A stretch of 64,000 bases of DNA from Nitrospirota bacterium (GTDB lineage: Bacteria; Nitrospirota; UBA9217). The notes under the pieces are model-generated. The model saw nothing but the letters and a program-made list of their open reading frames with translations, was not told where the DNA came from and made no database searches. The position numbers and the translations under genes are program-made. Shown piece by piece: positions 28,409 to 38,720 of this stretch. Position 1 is the first letter of the stretch, and every line of letters begins with the position of its first letter. The stretch spans positions 160,001 through 224,000 of the forward strand of contig CAVVUN010000006.1 of NCBI GenBank assembly GCA_963751455.1, in the 5' to 3' direction.

Positions 28409-30607
28409 TTATATCGTGATAAAGTCAGGCGTCTTTGCGTCCAGGACTTTCCGGACTGCGGTAAGAAGCTGTCCAGTTTCAAAAGGTTTGTGAAGAAAAC
28501 CGTCGATCGTCGTGATGTCCTGTTTGTCGGCCACGTATTTCGTGTATCCGGACACAGCAAGGACTTTTACATCCGGCTTGTTTTGCTTGAATTGCCTGAT
28601 CAATTCTTTCCCGTCGATACCGGGCATCACGATATCGGTTATCAGCAGATCTATGTTTTGAGGGAGCCGTCTGAACATGTCCACGGCGTTCACCGGATCG
28701 GATGCTGCAATGAGGCGGTAGCCGTGGCTGCGGAGGCTTTCCTCCATTGAGTGCAGTATCTGCTCTTCATCATCAACGACGAAAATGGTTTCCGTGCCGG
28801 TAACTGCTGCGTAAGCCGGCTTCTCCTTGCGCGGCGAGGCCGGCTGAAAGACCGGTAAATAAACGATAAAGGTGCTGCCCTCCCCGATCTTGCTTTGGAC
28901 CATGATATATCCTTTATGTTCCTTCACTGCGCCGTACACCATCGACAGGCCCAGCCCGGTTCCCTTTCCCCGTTCCTTGGTTGTAAAAAAAGGCTCGAAG
29001 ATCGTGCTCAACAGGTGCTCCGGAATTCCAATGCCGGTGTCGGCCACGCTCAGCCTGATATATCGTCCGGCCGGTACGTACAGGGGCACGTCATCCTCTC
29101 CTTTTTTAACTTCCCGTGCAACAGCCTTGATCGTAATGCCGCCGCCTTCGGGCATCGCGTCGCGGGCATTGACGATCAGGTTCATGAGCACCTGCTGTAA
29201 ATGGTTGATATCGCCTTGAATGAACGGCAGGTCTCCGTCCAGCTCGACCCGGATAGTAATACTCCTATCGATGATCTGTTCCAACAGCTTTACCGTGTCA
29301 TAGACTACATCGTTCACGTTGATCGGAACGATTTGATAATTGCTCTTGCGCGCAAAACCAAGAAGTTTGGAGATCATCTGCCCCGCCCGCCGCGCTGCGT
29401 CTTCGATCACGTTGAGGCTTCGTATCGCTTTTTCATTCAGATTCTCGCTCAGGCGCACGATGTGCGTGTGCCCGAGAACCGCGGTCAATATGTTGTTGAG
29501 ATCGTGCGCTATTCCGCCGGCGAGAACGCCGACGGATTCCATTTTCTGAGACTGGAACAGATGCTGCTGGATCTTCTTCTTCTCGGTGATATCGCGGTAA
29601 AACGACTGGATGAAAAGCTCTTCCCCGATTTCGATCGTCGTTGAGCTGATTTCGAGATAGATGAGAGTGCCGTCCTTTTTATTGTGGACAGCCTCGTAGA
29701 CGAGAGCTTCTCCGTCGAGGATCCGGCGCATCCTTTCAACAATGCCGTCCTTGCTGCCGCTGTCTTCGAGGAGTTTTACATGTGTTCCCGTCAGCGCTTC
29801 CCTGGTAAAACCATGCATCGCGCAGGCTTTCTCGTTAACGTTCATGATGATTCCGTTGCGGTCCACAATGATAATGCCGTCGGAGGCATTCTCGAATACC
29901 GCCCGGTGCCACTGCTCGGATTTCCTCAACTCGATTGTCCGGTCTTCTACCATGCCCTTGAGCTGGCGCGAATAGACTTCCAGCTGTTTTCTCTGTTGCT
30001 CAAGATCGCCGGAATACTGTTCGAGTTTCTGTTTCTCCTGTGCCAGTTCCTCGCGGAGATTGAATTCATTGACAATGAGCTTTTGATTCTGCTGCCTCCA
30101 GACAAGCGCAATGATGAACGTGGCAATCATGAAAAAATTGTTGCTGATGAAGACCGGATCACTGATGGATTCCCGCAGCGCAATCGGGAGGACGTAAATA
30201 CCGTAAATGAGCACGAGAACGACGGTCGACAATGCCAGGTCGATCGGAATGAATCCGAGCGCGCAGATGGCGACAAGGTTCAGGCCGGCGTAATAGACCG
30301 AATGCTGGCCGCCTGATTCGAGAACCATTACTTCAATGGCTACGGCCGACAGCGTAGTCGCGCATACGATGACCAGGTACTGGTAAAGCTTGCCGGTTTT
30401 CAGCTTATTCACATGGTAAAGAAGAATGAGCATGGCCGAGATCAGCAGCCGGTAGGTCATGAACGTCTTGAACTTGAAGGGAACGAGGAAGAAATCCATG
30501 CTGCCCAGGAGGAGGAACAGGATGGACCCGAGCAGGAGAACATTACTGACCCACTTTTGTGCTATCTGTGAAAGGTGCACATCAAGTGACACTCGATCAT
30601 TCATCAT
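28409..30607 (-). CDS. membrane hybrid histidine kinase (5-6 TM sensor, PAS, HisKA, HATPase, REC)
   Basis: Polytopic N-terminus with YYAGLNL; QSQKMESVG.LAGGIAHDLNN; FEPFFTTK..GKGTGLGL; C-terminal REC with TDIVMP. Confidence 0.92.
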   Translation of the reverse strand: MMNDRVSLDVHLSQIAQKWVSNVLLLGSILFLLLGSMDFFLVPFKFKTFMTYRLLISAMLILLYHVNKLKTGKLYQYLVIVCATTLSAVAIEVMVLESGGQHSVYYAGLNLVAICALGFIPIDLALSTVVLVLIYGIYVLPIALRESISDPVFISNNFFMIATFIIALVWRQQNQKLIVNEFNLREELAQEKQKLEQYSGDLEQQRKQLEVYSRQLKGMVEDRTIELRKSEQWHRAVFENASDGIIIVDRNGIIMNVNEKACAMHGFTREALTGTHVKLLEDSGSKDGIVERMRRILDGEALVYEAVHNKKDGTLIYLEISSTTIEIGEELFIQSFYRDITEKKKIQQHLFQSQKMESVGVLAGGIAHDLNNILTAVLGHTHIVRLSENLNEKAIRSLNVIEDAARRAGQMISKLLGFARKSNYQIVPINVNDVVYDTVKLLEQIIDRSITIRVELDGDLPFIQGDINHLQQVLMNLIVNARDAMPEGGGITIKAVAREVKKGEDDVPLYVPAGRYIRLSVADTGIGIPEHLLSTIFEPFFTTKERGKGTGLGLSMVYGAVKEHKGYIMVQSKIGEGSTFIVYLPVFQPASPRKEKPAYAAVTGTETIFVVDDEEQILHSMEESLRSHGYRLIAASDPVNAVDMFRRLPQNIDLLITDIVMPGIDGKELIRQFKQNKPDVKVLAVSGYTKYVADKQDITTIDGFLHKPFETGQLLTAVRKVLDAKTPDFITI

Positions 30608-30798
30608 ACGATTATAGCACTAGGCCGAAAAATTGAAAGATTAAACAGGATCAATAACGCCTTTTTCACTTTCTAATAACCTGCAGCAAACTGCAACCTC
30701 TCGTGCTCTTTTCTATTGCGGCAAGTCTGCGGATTTTTTTACCTCTTTACAGCCGAACAGCCGAACATCAGGACGATGTCCGGCTGTCCTGACCGCTG

Positions 30799-31851
30799 TT
30801 ACCGTGTTGCCGTGAAAAACATTATTACTTCAGTTTTGTCCCTCTGGAATGCAACAGAGCCCGAAGGTATACCGGCCTTTTGTATGATTTCCCTGCAGTC
30901 TTCCTCGGTCCGTAGGAAAAAGCCGTCCCAGTCGACCATCCACCGGTAAAACTGGGGATTGTAGTTTTTGCAGTCCTTGAAGGAAGCAATCAGCCGCCCT
31001 CCCGGAGACAGGAGTTCATACAGGGCGCCCAGAAGCCGTATCAGCATATCGTCTTTCAGATAATCGAAGAAACCGACGCTGTAAATCAGGTCCTGGGACC
31101 CGAACTCCTTAAGGTTTCTTTCGTGGTTGATCATTTTAAATGCGTTGTATTTGCGGTAGGTTATAAGCTCGGACGCACTATTCGCAATCGCCATCCGGTT
31201 TGCTGCGAATTCCAGCGCTTCAGAATCAAAATCCACGCAGGTAACCCTGGCTCCTGTTTTTTCGACATCCGCGGCAATCTCGAACAGGTCCCGGCATGAT
31301 CCGCAGGCGACATCAAGGATTCTCGGTCCTGTGCGGGCCGCCATTTCCGCTTTCAGGATGTCCTGCAGGGTATTTTTGCGCTCCCTGACTGCTACGCACA
31401 ACGTGGTCTGGAGACAATACCGGTCAAGATAATATCCTATACCGCTCGAAGATGACATGTTGCGGTAGGCTGATTCGAGTATCTGGTAATCGCCCTGGTG
31501 ACCTCTCGGCCAGGTCCTCGCGTGACTGATGAAATTACTCTTCGTCAGTATTGGCCCTGTTTTTTCCCTGAAGCGTATACGCGCATCCCTTATTGCATCG
31601 GCTTCGTAAGGAACTGCCTTTTCGAACTCGGCACATGCGGCGAGGACCGAATCATTCATGGCGATGATCTCCGCGATCAGTTTCGCCCCGTCAGCGCCAG
31701 ATGCTGCCGCTCGTATTTCAAATTCTTTCAACTGCCCGACATACTGTTCTATTCGAGCGTCGAGGATCTCAAGAAATTTTCCACCTTTGTTAACGTCTTC
31801 AGATACTCTGTCCGTTGTTGGCAACCTGTGATACGTCAGCTCACTCTGCAT
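30799..31851 (-). CDS. class I SAM methyltransferase, PhcB-like (3-hydroxy fatty acid methyl ester signal synthase-like)
   Basis: WPRGHQGDY motif, AVRER, RILDVACG, DLIYSVGFFDYL, LSPGG.L, W...RT; GGGGAGG RBS before ATG 31851. The PhcB similarity is from memory. Confidence 0.7.
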   Translation of the reverse strand: MQSELTYHRLPTTDRVSEDVNKGGKFLEILDARIEQYVGQLKEFEIRAAASGADGAKLIAEIIAMNDSVLAACAEFEKAVPYEADAIRDARIRFREKTGPILTKSNFISHARTWPRGHQGDYQILESAYRNMSSSSGIGYYLDRYCLQTTLCVAVRERKNTLQDILKAEMAARTGPRILDVACGSCRDLFEIAADVEKTGARVTCVDFDSEALEFAANRMAIANSASELITYRKYNAFKMINHERNLKEFGSQDLIYSVGFFDYLKDDMLIRLLGALYELLSPGGRLIASFKDCKNYNPQFYRWMVDWDGFFLRTEEDCREIIQKAGIPSGSVAFQRDKTEVIMFFTATR

Positions 31852-32320
31852 ATCATCCTCCCCCTTGTTTTTTGCCGTTTGAACGGCTGTTATATGCTTG
31901 TATTCATGTTCCAATGCGCCGGCCGCATTGATTGATCCGGCTTACGGTATGGTATTTATGGATATTTATCCAATCGGAGGACGCATCTGATTTTATCGCC
32001 GCTGAATGGCATAAAAAGACCTCTTCGTAACGTTTTTCAGGCGGATACTTTTTTCGTTCGGGATTAGTACGGAATGACCAGCAAGAGCTTGCCGGCAGCT
32101 GCTTAGGAAATTATTCCCATCAACTTTAGTATAAGCATATCACAGAGTTTGGCGGGTTGTATAGAAAAGAATGCAGAAAAAATTACTTTAAAGCAAATCT
32201 AATACTTTTTTATGAAAAACAAGCAGCCCAGTTAGTATCCTTACAAGCCGTTGAGGACTTTAGGATTACGATTACGCTGCTCAATTATCGGAGCAGGACG
32301 TGAGCGCCATTCAAAGAATT

Positions 32321-32680
32321 TCATGCACCTCGATGGACCGACTCCGGCGAGAAAGCCGGCAGACAAACAGCGATGTATTCGGCGCCGCCTTCGTACGGAG
32401 TGCTGTACTGGACCCATTCGCCAGCTTCAATGATGATTGCCTGGCCTGCAACGATATCCAATTCCCTCGCTTTCAGCTTGACCCTGACGGTCCCCTTCAA
32501 TACAACTGTATATTCATTGAAAGCCGGGGTTTGACCGGGCTCGGACCAGCCTGCAGGACTGGTCATCCTTGCAATGCTCACCTCCGAAGTCTGTGAATTG
32601 ACTCTGCCGATAAATTCCTCGATCTGTTTGGGCGGACTTCCTGCCGCCTTAATTACAGTCGGTTTCTGAACAATTTTCAT
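32321..32680 (-). CDS. cupin domain protein
   Basis: IEEFIGRVNS, GWSEPGQTP.F.EYTVVL.G, AEYIAVC.PAFSP. Confidence 0.85.
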   Translation of the reverse strand: MKIVQKPTVIKAAGSPPKQIEEFIGRVNSQTSEVSIARMTSPAGWSEPGQTPAFNEYTVVLKGTVRVKLKARELDIVAGQAIIIEAGEWVQYSTPYEGGAEYIAVCLPAFSPESVHRGA

Positions 32681-32729
32681 GATTCCTCCCACTCGCTTAT
32701 TTATTCGACCATTCTCGATATCCCGTACG

Positions 32730-33326
32730 TCAAGACTGTTGCCAGGCTTCTCGCTCATACTCAGTAAATCCCCAATGACGTAGTTTGGTCTTAACGGGTC
32801 CATTCCAGCCAGCGGACAATAATTCACGCGCAATGTACATATTGATCAGCCCGTGTCCGACAAAAAGTACGGAACCATGTTCATGCGCCAGAGATGTCAA
32901 TAACATCGCAGCATTCTGCGCCCTCTTTCGAAATGCATTAATGGACTCGCCTTTAGGCTTAAAACCGAAGGACCACAAAAAACGAAACAATAAAGCCCAA
33001 ACATAGGGCGGCATCCTTAAGAAAGTCATCGGACAGTAGGGCAACCCGGCTTCCCTGAACAACTCGTTCGATATCATCGGCCTCCCCGCCCCGATGATCC
33101 TTCCGGATTCCACGGAGCGCAACAGGTCACTCGTAGCGAGCACTTTGCACTGACCCGCGATTGCCAAAGCTGTGTCGGGCGGTCGAATGTCCCGTATCCC
33201 TGACGAGTTGTAGGCATCGATCCAGTTTCCGAGTTCACCAGCTCGAATCCAGGGCCAATTCAACAGACTCGTCCTGCCGTGCCGAAGAAGAACTATTTTC
33301 AATGGTTTCTTACAGCCTTTTTCCAT
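32730..33326 (-). CDS. histidine phosphatase family protein
   Basis: LLRHG, SDL.RS.ES, FRE, VGHG. Confidence 0.8.
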   Translation of the reverse strand: MEKGCKKPLKIVLLRHGRTSLLNWPWIRAGELGNWIDAYNSSGIRDIRPPDTALAIAGQCKVLATSDLLRSVESGRIIGAGRPMISNELFREAGLPYCPMTFLRMPPYVWALLFRFLWSFGFKPKGESINAFRKRAQNAAMLLTSLAHEHGSVLFVGHGLINMYIARELLSAGWNGPVKTKLRHWGFTEYEREAWQQS

Positions 33327-34030
33327 AATTCTGTCTGTAAAAAACTGCCCTCTATATTATTCGCCATTGCCACGAACCGGGCCGTCGGCATGGAAAAAGT
33401 CATAACTTCCTTTGGAAGATATGCCCGGACAGATGGATCCATGGTTCCGACCACGCACTTTGAGAACTTCTCGAACTTTTCTCTGTAGGGAATCGTCCAG
33501 ATGCCCTGGCAGCCCGATGCAAATGGAATGATGACGCTGTCGTTCGCCGGTCTGTCGTAGTTGGCCAGCGTAACCATGCCGGCAAGAGACACGGTGTCGA
33601 CCCACAGCACGACGACTTCCGGCTGATCTTCCTCTCCCAGGTCTTGAATGCGCTCTAAAACGATAAACTTCTCTGCAGCGGGAATCGCGTTGATCTCAGC
33701 ATAGAAAGCTTCACCCAGCTCAACGGACTTCTTGAATTTTTCTTTTTGGGCCAGAAACGCCCCCGCTCCCGCCCCCGGCTTTTTAAATCCCAGATAGCAT
33801 GCCGCGCCGCTGCAACCAGGGCTGTCAGCGGAGAGACAGAGACGCTTTCCTCCTGCCACTGCATCGATAAAGGTGAACATGCAGGTCCATGCGCCCTTTT
33901 CGGGCATAACGGCATTATCCGGCGGCTCGGCAGCGAACCGCCAGCTCATGGCGGGCATCATGAATGAAACGCATCGTTCAAAATATTCGAGACTTGCTTT
34001 GACCTCTTGCGCATTCATAATGATGGTCAC
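33299..34030 (-). CDS. DUF169-like protein
   Basis: C.F, C.G...YLG, PEVVV, L..LANY, PFASGC, DPSVR. Confidence 0.75.
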   Translation of the reverse strand: MTIIMNAQEVKASLEYFERCVSFMMPAMSWRFAAEPPDNAVMPEKGAWTCMFTFIDAVAGGKRLCLSADSPGCSGAACYLGFKKPGAGAGAFLAQKEKFKKSVELGEAFYAEINAIPAAEKFIVLERIQDLGEEDQPEVVVLWVDTVSLAGMVTLANYDRPANDSVIIPFASGCQGIWTIPYREKFEKFSKCVVGTMDPSVRAYLPKEVMTFSMPTARFVAMANNIEGSFLQTELWKKAVRNH

Positions 34031-34253
34031 CTATCCTCATAATATCCACTATCGTCTTCATTGGGTTTTATGTTTGACTGCGGCCATGCCGCGCTCTGTT
34101 GATGCTGGAATAGTGCTGCCTCAGCAGCCCGATTAGAGCATGAAGGAGGTTCATTGGCTATGGACGCCATAAGGGTTTCGGCTTCCTTTACCTCTTCGGC
34201 CGAGCCGGAAAGTGAACGCCGGACTGCGCCTTCAGCTCCACAAACCCGCATTC

Positions 34254-35171
34254 TTATCCCTTAAATTCGCAAAAGTTTTTCTTTATGAAACTGCCCAAAT
34301 TGGCAATGGCTTGTTTCGCTTCCGGCATCACCATTGCGAATCCCTGAAATACGTGCCACATGCCTTCCCAAACTTCAAATACAACTTCGACTCCGTCTTC
34401 TTCAGCTTTTTGCGCCAATAGCATAGAATCACTTAACAGTACTTCATCATCACCAACCTGAATAAACATGTTCGGCAAGCCTTTGAGGTTTTGCTTTATT
34501 GGCGGTTCAATAACTGCGGAGCCTGAATAGAATTCTCCATATCGTTGGATTATTTTTTTAGTATTCAGCGGGTCACTGTTTTTTCGGCTGTTATATGAAT
34601 CGCCGTCAAAATCTCTTAAATCTCCGCCCATTAGCGAAATAAAAAACGATGCTTTGGGCAAAGGGATACCCGCGTCTCTGATCGATAACAAAGTCATTAA
34701 TGCTAACCCCGCACCTGAGGAATCTCCCCCAATGATAATATCCCCTGGTTTGTGTCCATGTTCCAGCAGCCATGTATAAGAATTAAAACAATCGTCATTT
34801 GCCGCCGGATATTTATATTCCGGTGCTAATCTATAATCGACTGCCAGTATTTTTGCATTACTGATTTTAGATATGCGTAAAGCGAAGTCTCTATGATTAT
34901 TGCCGTATTTAAGACAAAATCCGCCGGAATGAAAATAAAGAATAACTTTTACTGATTTTTCATCTACACAGGATGCTCTGAGCCATTCTGCGTTAATGCC
35001 TCCAATGTCTATTGGTTCAATATGAGCATCTTTAGTGAGTTTAATTCCATTACTCATTTTTCCCGATTTTTGACGAATCACTTCTATTGATGCTTCAAAA
35101 GGATCGAATGCTCTACGCATCAAGTGTTTTACGATGATAAATTTAGTAAGACGACTGCGTATTGATATCAC
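34254..35171 (-). CDS. alpha/beta hydrolase (HSL-like esterase), visibly lower GC
   Basis: HSGGF, DYRLAPE, GDSSG, GMWHVF. Confidence 0.9.
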   Translation of the reverse strand: MISIRSRLTKFIIVKHLMRRAFDPFEASIEVIRQKSGKMSNGIKLTKDAHIEPIDIGGINAEWLRASCVDEKSVKVILYFHSGGFCLKYGNNHRDFALRISKISNAKILAVDYRLAPEYKYPAANDDCFNSYTWLLEHGHKPGDIIIGGDSSGAGLALMTLLSIRDAGIPLPKASFFISLMGGDLRDFDGDSYNSRKNSDPLNTKKIIQRYGEFYSGSAVIEPPIKQNLKGLPNMFIQVGDDEVLLSDSMLLAQKAEEDGVEVVFEVWEGMWHVFQGFAMVMPEAKQAIANLGSFIKKNFCEFKG

Positions 35172-35244
35172 ATTTCCCTCGGGTTTAATTTTTCACTTCT
35201 ACACGTTGCTTGTTCCTGAAATGCGGAAATGGATTCAGTGTCCC

Positions 35245-35297
35245 GCCTTGCACGCCGCTCAATCGGCTGATACCGGCTATTAAGCGCCATGTCGGAC
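35245..35297 (-). other. degenerate attC-like site
   Basis: GTCCGAC-5nt-GCTTAATAG...CGATTGAGC-5nt-GCAAGGC; both R boxes deviate from consensus. Confidence 0.35.
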
Positions 35298-35374
35298 GTT
35301 CCCGGCGAGTCGGAGGGCACTGCATCGTATTACTCGTCCGGTCAGTCCCCCGACCGAGACAAAAACCGGCCAAA

Positions 35375-36169
35375 TTACGGCTTCATCAAAACCTTGCCCA
35401 TTTTTAAGTTTGCACACCGGGGCGAAAAGCGGAGCGACCCGATCATCACCTTATTGAACCAGCCCGGCACCACTCTCGCCTTCCCCTTCATTAAAGCCTG
35501 GTAGCCCGCTCTCGCCACGTCACCGGCTGCCATACTATTCAAGCGGACCAATAAGGTGTTTTCGGTCCTGGCCCTGCTTGCGAACCGTGTTGCGGTCACA
35601 CCCGGGCATAAGGCGGTTACCGTAACACCCGTGCCCTCCAGTTCAGCCGACAGCGCCTCGGAAAAGCTCAACACGAATGCCTTGGTCGCCCCATATACCG
35701 ACATATACGGCACTGGCGCGAAGGAGCCGGTTGAGCCTATATTCAGTATCCTGCCGCTCTTCCGACTGATCATGTCCGGAAGGAACAGTCGGGTCAATTC
35801 GACCAGGGTCCCCACGTTGACTTGCACCATCTGCCGCTGCACCTCCAATTCGGCTTCTGCAAGAGGCGCTAAATCGCCAAACCCCGCGTTATTGACAAGA
35901 ACATCGATGTTAAGATTGCTGTTCTTCACTTCCCGGTAAATTTCCCCGGCAGCGGCCGAATTTGACAGATCTTTAGGCAGGACCATGGTCCCCACATGAT
36001 AGTGGTCCTCGAGTTCCCGGGCGACCTCCGCAAGACGCCCGGCATCCCTGGCGATTAAAACCGCGTTAAATCCATTCCGCGCGAACTGACGGCACAGCTC
36101 ATATCCGATGCCGCCTGAAGCTCCCGTCACGATGGCCCACCGGCCCTTGTCTTGCCTGTCCTGTTTCAT
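35375..36169 (-). CDS. SDR oxidoreductase
   Basis: TGASGGIG, NNAG, YGATK. Confidence 0.92.
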   Translation of the reverse strand: MKQDRQDKGRWAIVTGASGGIGYELCRQFARNGFNAVLIARDAGRLAEVARELEDHYHVGTMVLPKDLSNSAAAGEIYREVKNSNLNIDVLVNNAGFGDLAPLAEAELEVQRQMVQVNVGTLVELTRLFLPDMISRKSGRILNIGSTGSFAPVPYMSVYGATKAFVLSFSEALSAELEGTGVTVTALCPGVTATRFASRARTENTLLVRLNSMAAGDVARAGYQALMKGKARVVPGWFNKVMIGSLRFSPRCANLKMGKVLMKP

Positions 36170-36195
36170 GGTATCGCCTCCTTAAAAGATGCTTA

Positions 36196-36876
36196 TTACT
36201 TTTTCCGCCGGGTATTCTGCGCTTCCCAGCCGTCCAGAATAACGCCGAGGGCGTCAAAGCACGATTGCCCGAAATCGATCTGCATTGTTCGCAATTCCGG
36301 TTCCTTTTCAAATATTTTTTTCATGACCGGCGCCGGCTCAGCTATATGGGTAAACCCGATTACGAGCGCATACATCCAGAATAGAAATGTTACGCCCTGG
36401 CCCGGCTTGAAATAAGGCAGGCATTTTTCCAGCAGCGCTCCGGTCCCGGATAATCGCTTCGACAGCATTCTTTTAAATTCAAGAGCTTCCTTATATCCGA
36501 TATTCTGCTCCAACACGATGTGCAGAATGGCGGACAGCCGCGGCAAAAGAGGTTGTTGCGCGAGGATGTGCCGCAAGGTTTTCAACACCTTGTCCTTTGA
36601 CGGTTTTAAACGTCCGCTCGAAGCTTCTGTAAACAGCCGATCCATGGCGTCAAACCACTTTTCGAATTCTTTCGAAGCGATGCGAAAAAAAAGCTCCTCT
36701 TTGGTTTTAAAATAGAGAAAAACAGTGCCCTTGGCCATGCCTGCTTTTTTGGCCACGTCGGCGATGTTGATCCTATGGAAAGATTTTTCCTGAAGCAGGA
36801 CTTCAGCCGCAGAAAGTATCTCCTGGAGGCGTTCGCTTTTTTGCTCGGCGCTCCTTGCCCTTCTCGTGATTACCAT
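36196..36876 (-). CDS. TetR family regulator
   Basis: IADVAKKAGMAKGTVFLYFKTKEELF. Confidence 0.92.
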   Translation of the reverse strand: MVITRRARSAEQKSERLQEILSAAEVLLQEKSFHRINIADVAKKAGMAKGTVFLYFKTKEELFFRIASKEFEKWFDAMDRLFTEASSGRLKPSKDKVLKTLRHILAQQPLLPRLSAILHIVLEQNIGYKEALEFKRMLSKRLSGTGALLEKCLPYFKPGQGVTFLFWMYALVIGFTHIAEPAPVMKKIFEKEPELRTMQIDFGQSCFDALGVILDGWEAQNTRRKK

Positions 36877-36893
36877 TTCATCCTCATTTTATT

Positions 36894-36946
36894 AATGACC
36901 GGAGGTCACTTAAATTAAGTGTAAATGACCCAAGGTCATTTGTCAA
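36894..36946 (-). promoter_or_regulatory. promoter TTGACA-N17-TACACT with two TGACC-N3-GGTCA operators (TetR autoregulation)
   Basis: Operators at 36896-36908 and 36926-36938; -35 at 36946-36941; -10 at 36923-36918. Confidence 0.8.
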
Positions 36947-37052
36947 GAACTTTTTCCCCCGACGCACTTAACCTCGCGCCATGGTATCCGACAACGAGGT
37001 ATATGATCGGCATTTTGATAATCCGGCCACATTTCAAGGCGCTGGCATGGTC

Positions 37053-37088
37053 ATTTCCATATTTCAACAATTGTTGAAATATGGAAAT
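37053..37088. repeat. perfect 36-bp spacerless palindrome
   Basis: ATTTCCATATTTCAACAA|TTGTTGAAATATGGAAAT. Confidence 0.85.
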
Positions 37089-37115
37089 AATGAGGTGGCA
37101 GGAACAATCCCTTCT

Positions 37116-37469
37116 CTATTTCTGAGCAACTGCTAGCAGGCGTTTACTTGACTGTTTATCATAAGGAGAGAATTCCCAATCCCCGAAGTAGTCGACTTTC
37201 CTGAATCCCGCTTCGTCAAGAATACGGTCCCAATCATCCTTGAGACGGATCCGGACACGAAAAGATGAGTGTTTGAAATCGGAAAGGTCCTGGGTATGAA
37301 TGAAATCAAAAACTTCAACCTGCATTACATCTTGCGAGTAATTCATCACGAGTAACCGGGAGAAATCCCGGTCATTCATTTGAGCATCATACCGCGAAGG
37401 ACCCGCCATCGTGGCATCAGACTGCCCCTGATCAAACACCAGAATTCCCCCGTAGGGATCGTATGACAA
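37116..37469 (-). pseudogene. C-terminal half of a class I SAM methyltransferase
   Basis: Begins at P.GGILVFD and ends L.EAGF..V..FGDW...PY...S.RL..VA.K; the SAM-binding motif I is absent. Confidence 0.65.
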
Positions 37470-37529
37470 CTATGTTTCCTCCCTTGTAAACTGCACGTGT
37501 TAATCACCTTTCAAAAAAAGTAATCGTTA

Positions 37530-37682
37530 CTAAGACGAAAGATATGCCTTACTAAGGTACAAGACCATTTTCAATGCATACTCGTCGGATTCCCTGGTTC
37601 GTTCCAGCGGGAACTTCCGGTAGAGCGCATCCAATTCTCTGAAAATGCCCGTAGCAGAACGTCGCAGCTTCTCAGTATCGCG
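37530..37682 (-). pseudogene. 3' remnant of a paralog of the nucleotidyltransferase gene at 45988-46848
   Basis: AILRSCDVLLRAF/RELDALYRKFPLERTRESDEYALKMVLYLSKAYLS aligns with AILKSCNILLTAFLKQMDLLYQKFRFERIKESDEFALKMVMELSKEYLS. Confidence 0.8.
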
Positions 37683-37843
37683 ACCGTCGCAGTTATGAAT
37701 AACACTCCCACGATTATTGCTGTTTTTCTGTTTGTATCCATCTTCTCCACCTTATGATATTTTTTATGCTTTGATCTTTGCTGATATTGTAGGCCGTTGT
37801 TTGGCTATGGCTATGCCGACATCCTTCATGCGAGCTACCGCTG

Positions 37844-38503
37844 TCAGCCGTCTTTGTCTATCCAATACGCGAAGGCGATATAGGCCGCCTGTCCTGCTGT
37901 GAGCATGATTCCGATTATCGTCATGTTCGGAGGGGGAGGTCCGAAGGAACCTCCGAGAAACGAGGCCGTCAGAATAATTATCAGCGCGGCAAGCCCGTAT
38001 TTGGCGGAAGGCCGAAGCGCGCTGCGGGCGCGAAGATAGAACACGATTCCGACGACGAAGAGCGCGACCTCCACCGCTATTGTTGCAGGCAGGCTGTCCC
38101 AGAGCGAAAATCCCAGTTTGGGAGAGCCGTTTCCCAGAAGCGGCATGTCGGGAGTATGCGAGATCACGTCGAGGACATAATGGGAGAAGATAGCGAGTGC
38201 AAGGACCGCTGCCGGCCGTTTCCGCTGTGCGCGGTCTTTCCCCGGCCATAGCCAATACACCAGAAACCCGATGAATGACCAGACCACCGCGCCGAGGGCG
38301 CTGTGGCTTATGGGATAATCGTAAAATTCAAACGGCGCAGCCGCAGAGGCGCCGGGCACGATCCGCGCATGCTCGACGCCGGTGAGCACGAATATTCCGA
38401 ATATGATATCAAGGAGGGTCGCCCCCAAGACCAGCATGCCGAGAGACAACTTCGGCGCCATCCTCTTGAGCCCGAACCCGACTGCGTAATGGCCTATGAA
38501 CAT
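37844..38503 (-). CDS. membrane-bound metal-dependent hydrolase family protein
   Basis: MFIGH, LLD, YPISHS, SHYVLD.ISH..D; multiple TM segments. Confidence 0.8.
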   Translation of the reverse strand: MFIGHYAVGFGLKRMAPKLSLGMLVLGATLLDIIFGIFVLTGVEHARIVPGASAAAPFEFYDYPISHSALGAVVWSFIGFLVYWLWPGKDRAQRKRPAAVLALAIFSHYVLDVISHTPDMPLLGNGSPKLGFSLWDSLPATIAVEVALFVVGIVFYLRARSALRPSAKYGLAALIIILTASFLGGSFGPPPPNMTIIGIMLTAGQAAYIAFAYWIDKDG

Positions 38504-38720
38504 ACATCTCCCCTTCACGGCCGCGGTGTCCGACCATTCCATCTCTTCCGTCTTTCTACGCATGCCCGCTGAAACAGAGAACCGATCGTGTTCACTCGAT
38601 TCATTGCACCGCCTCGACGAATACTGGATTTTCACTAAGACTCACGTTACTGCGCCGTTTGATACGGTGAGGGTCTCTGTGGTGAATGCCGCGGCGTCAT
38701 CCGCTGCTTCCGTGCGGCCG

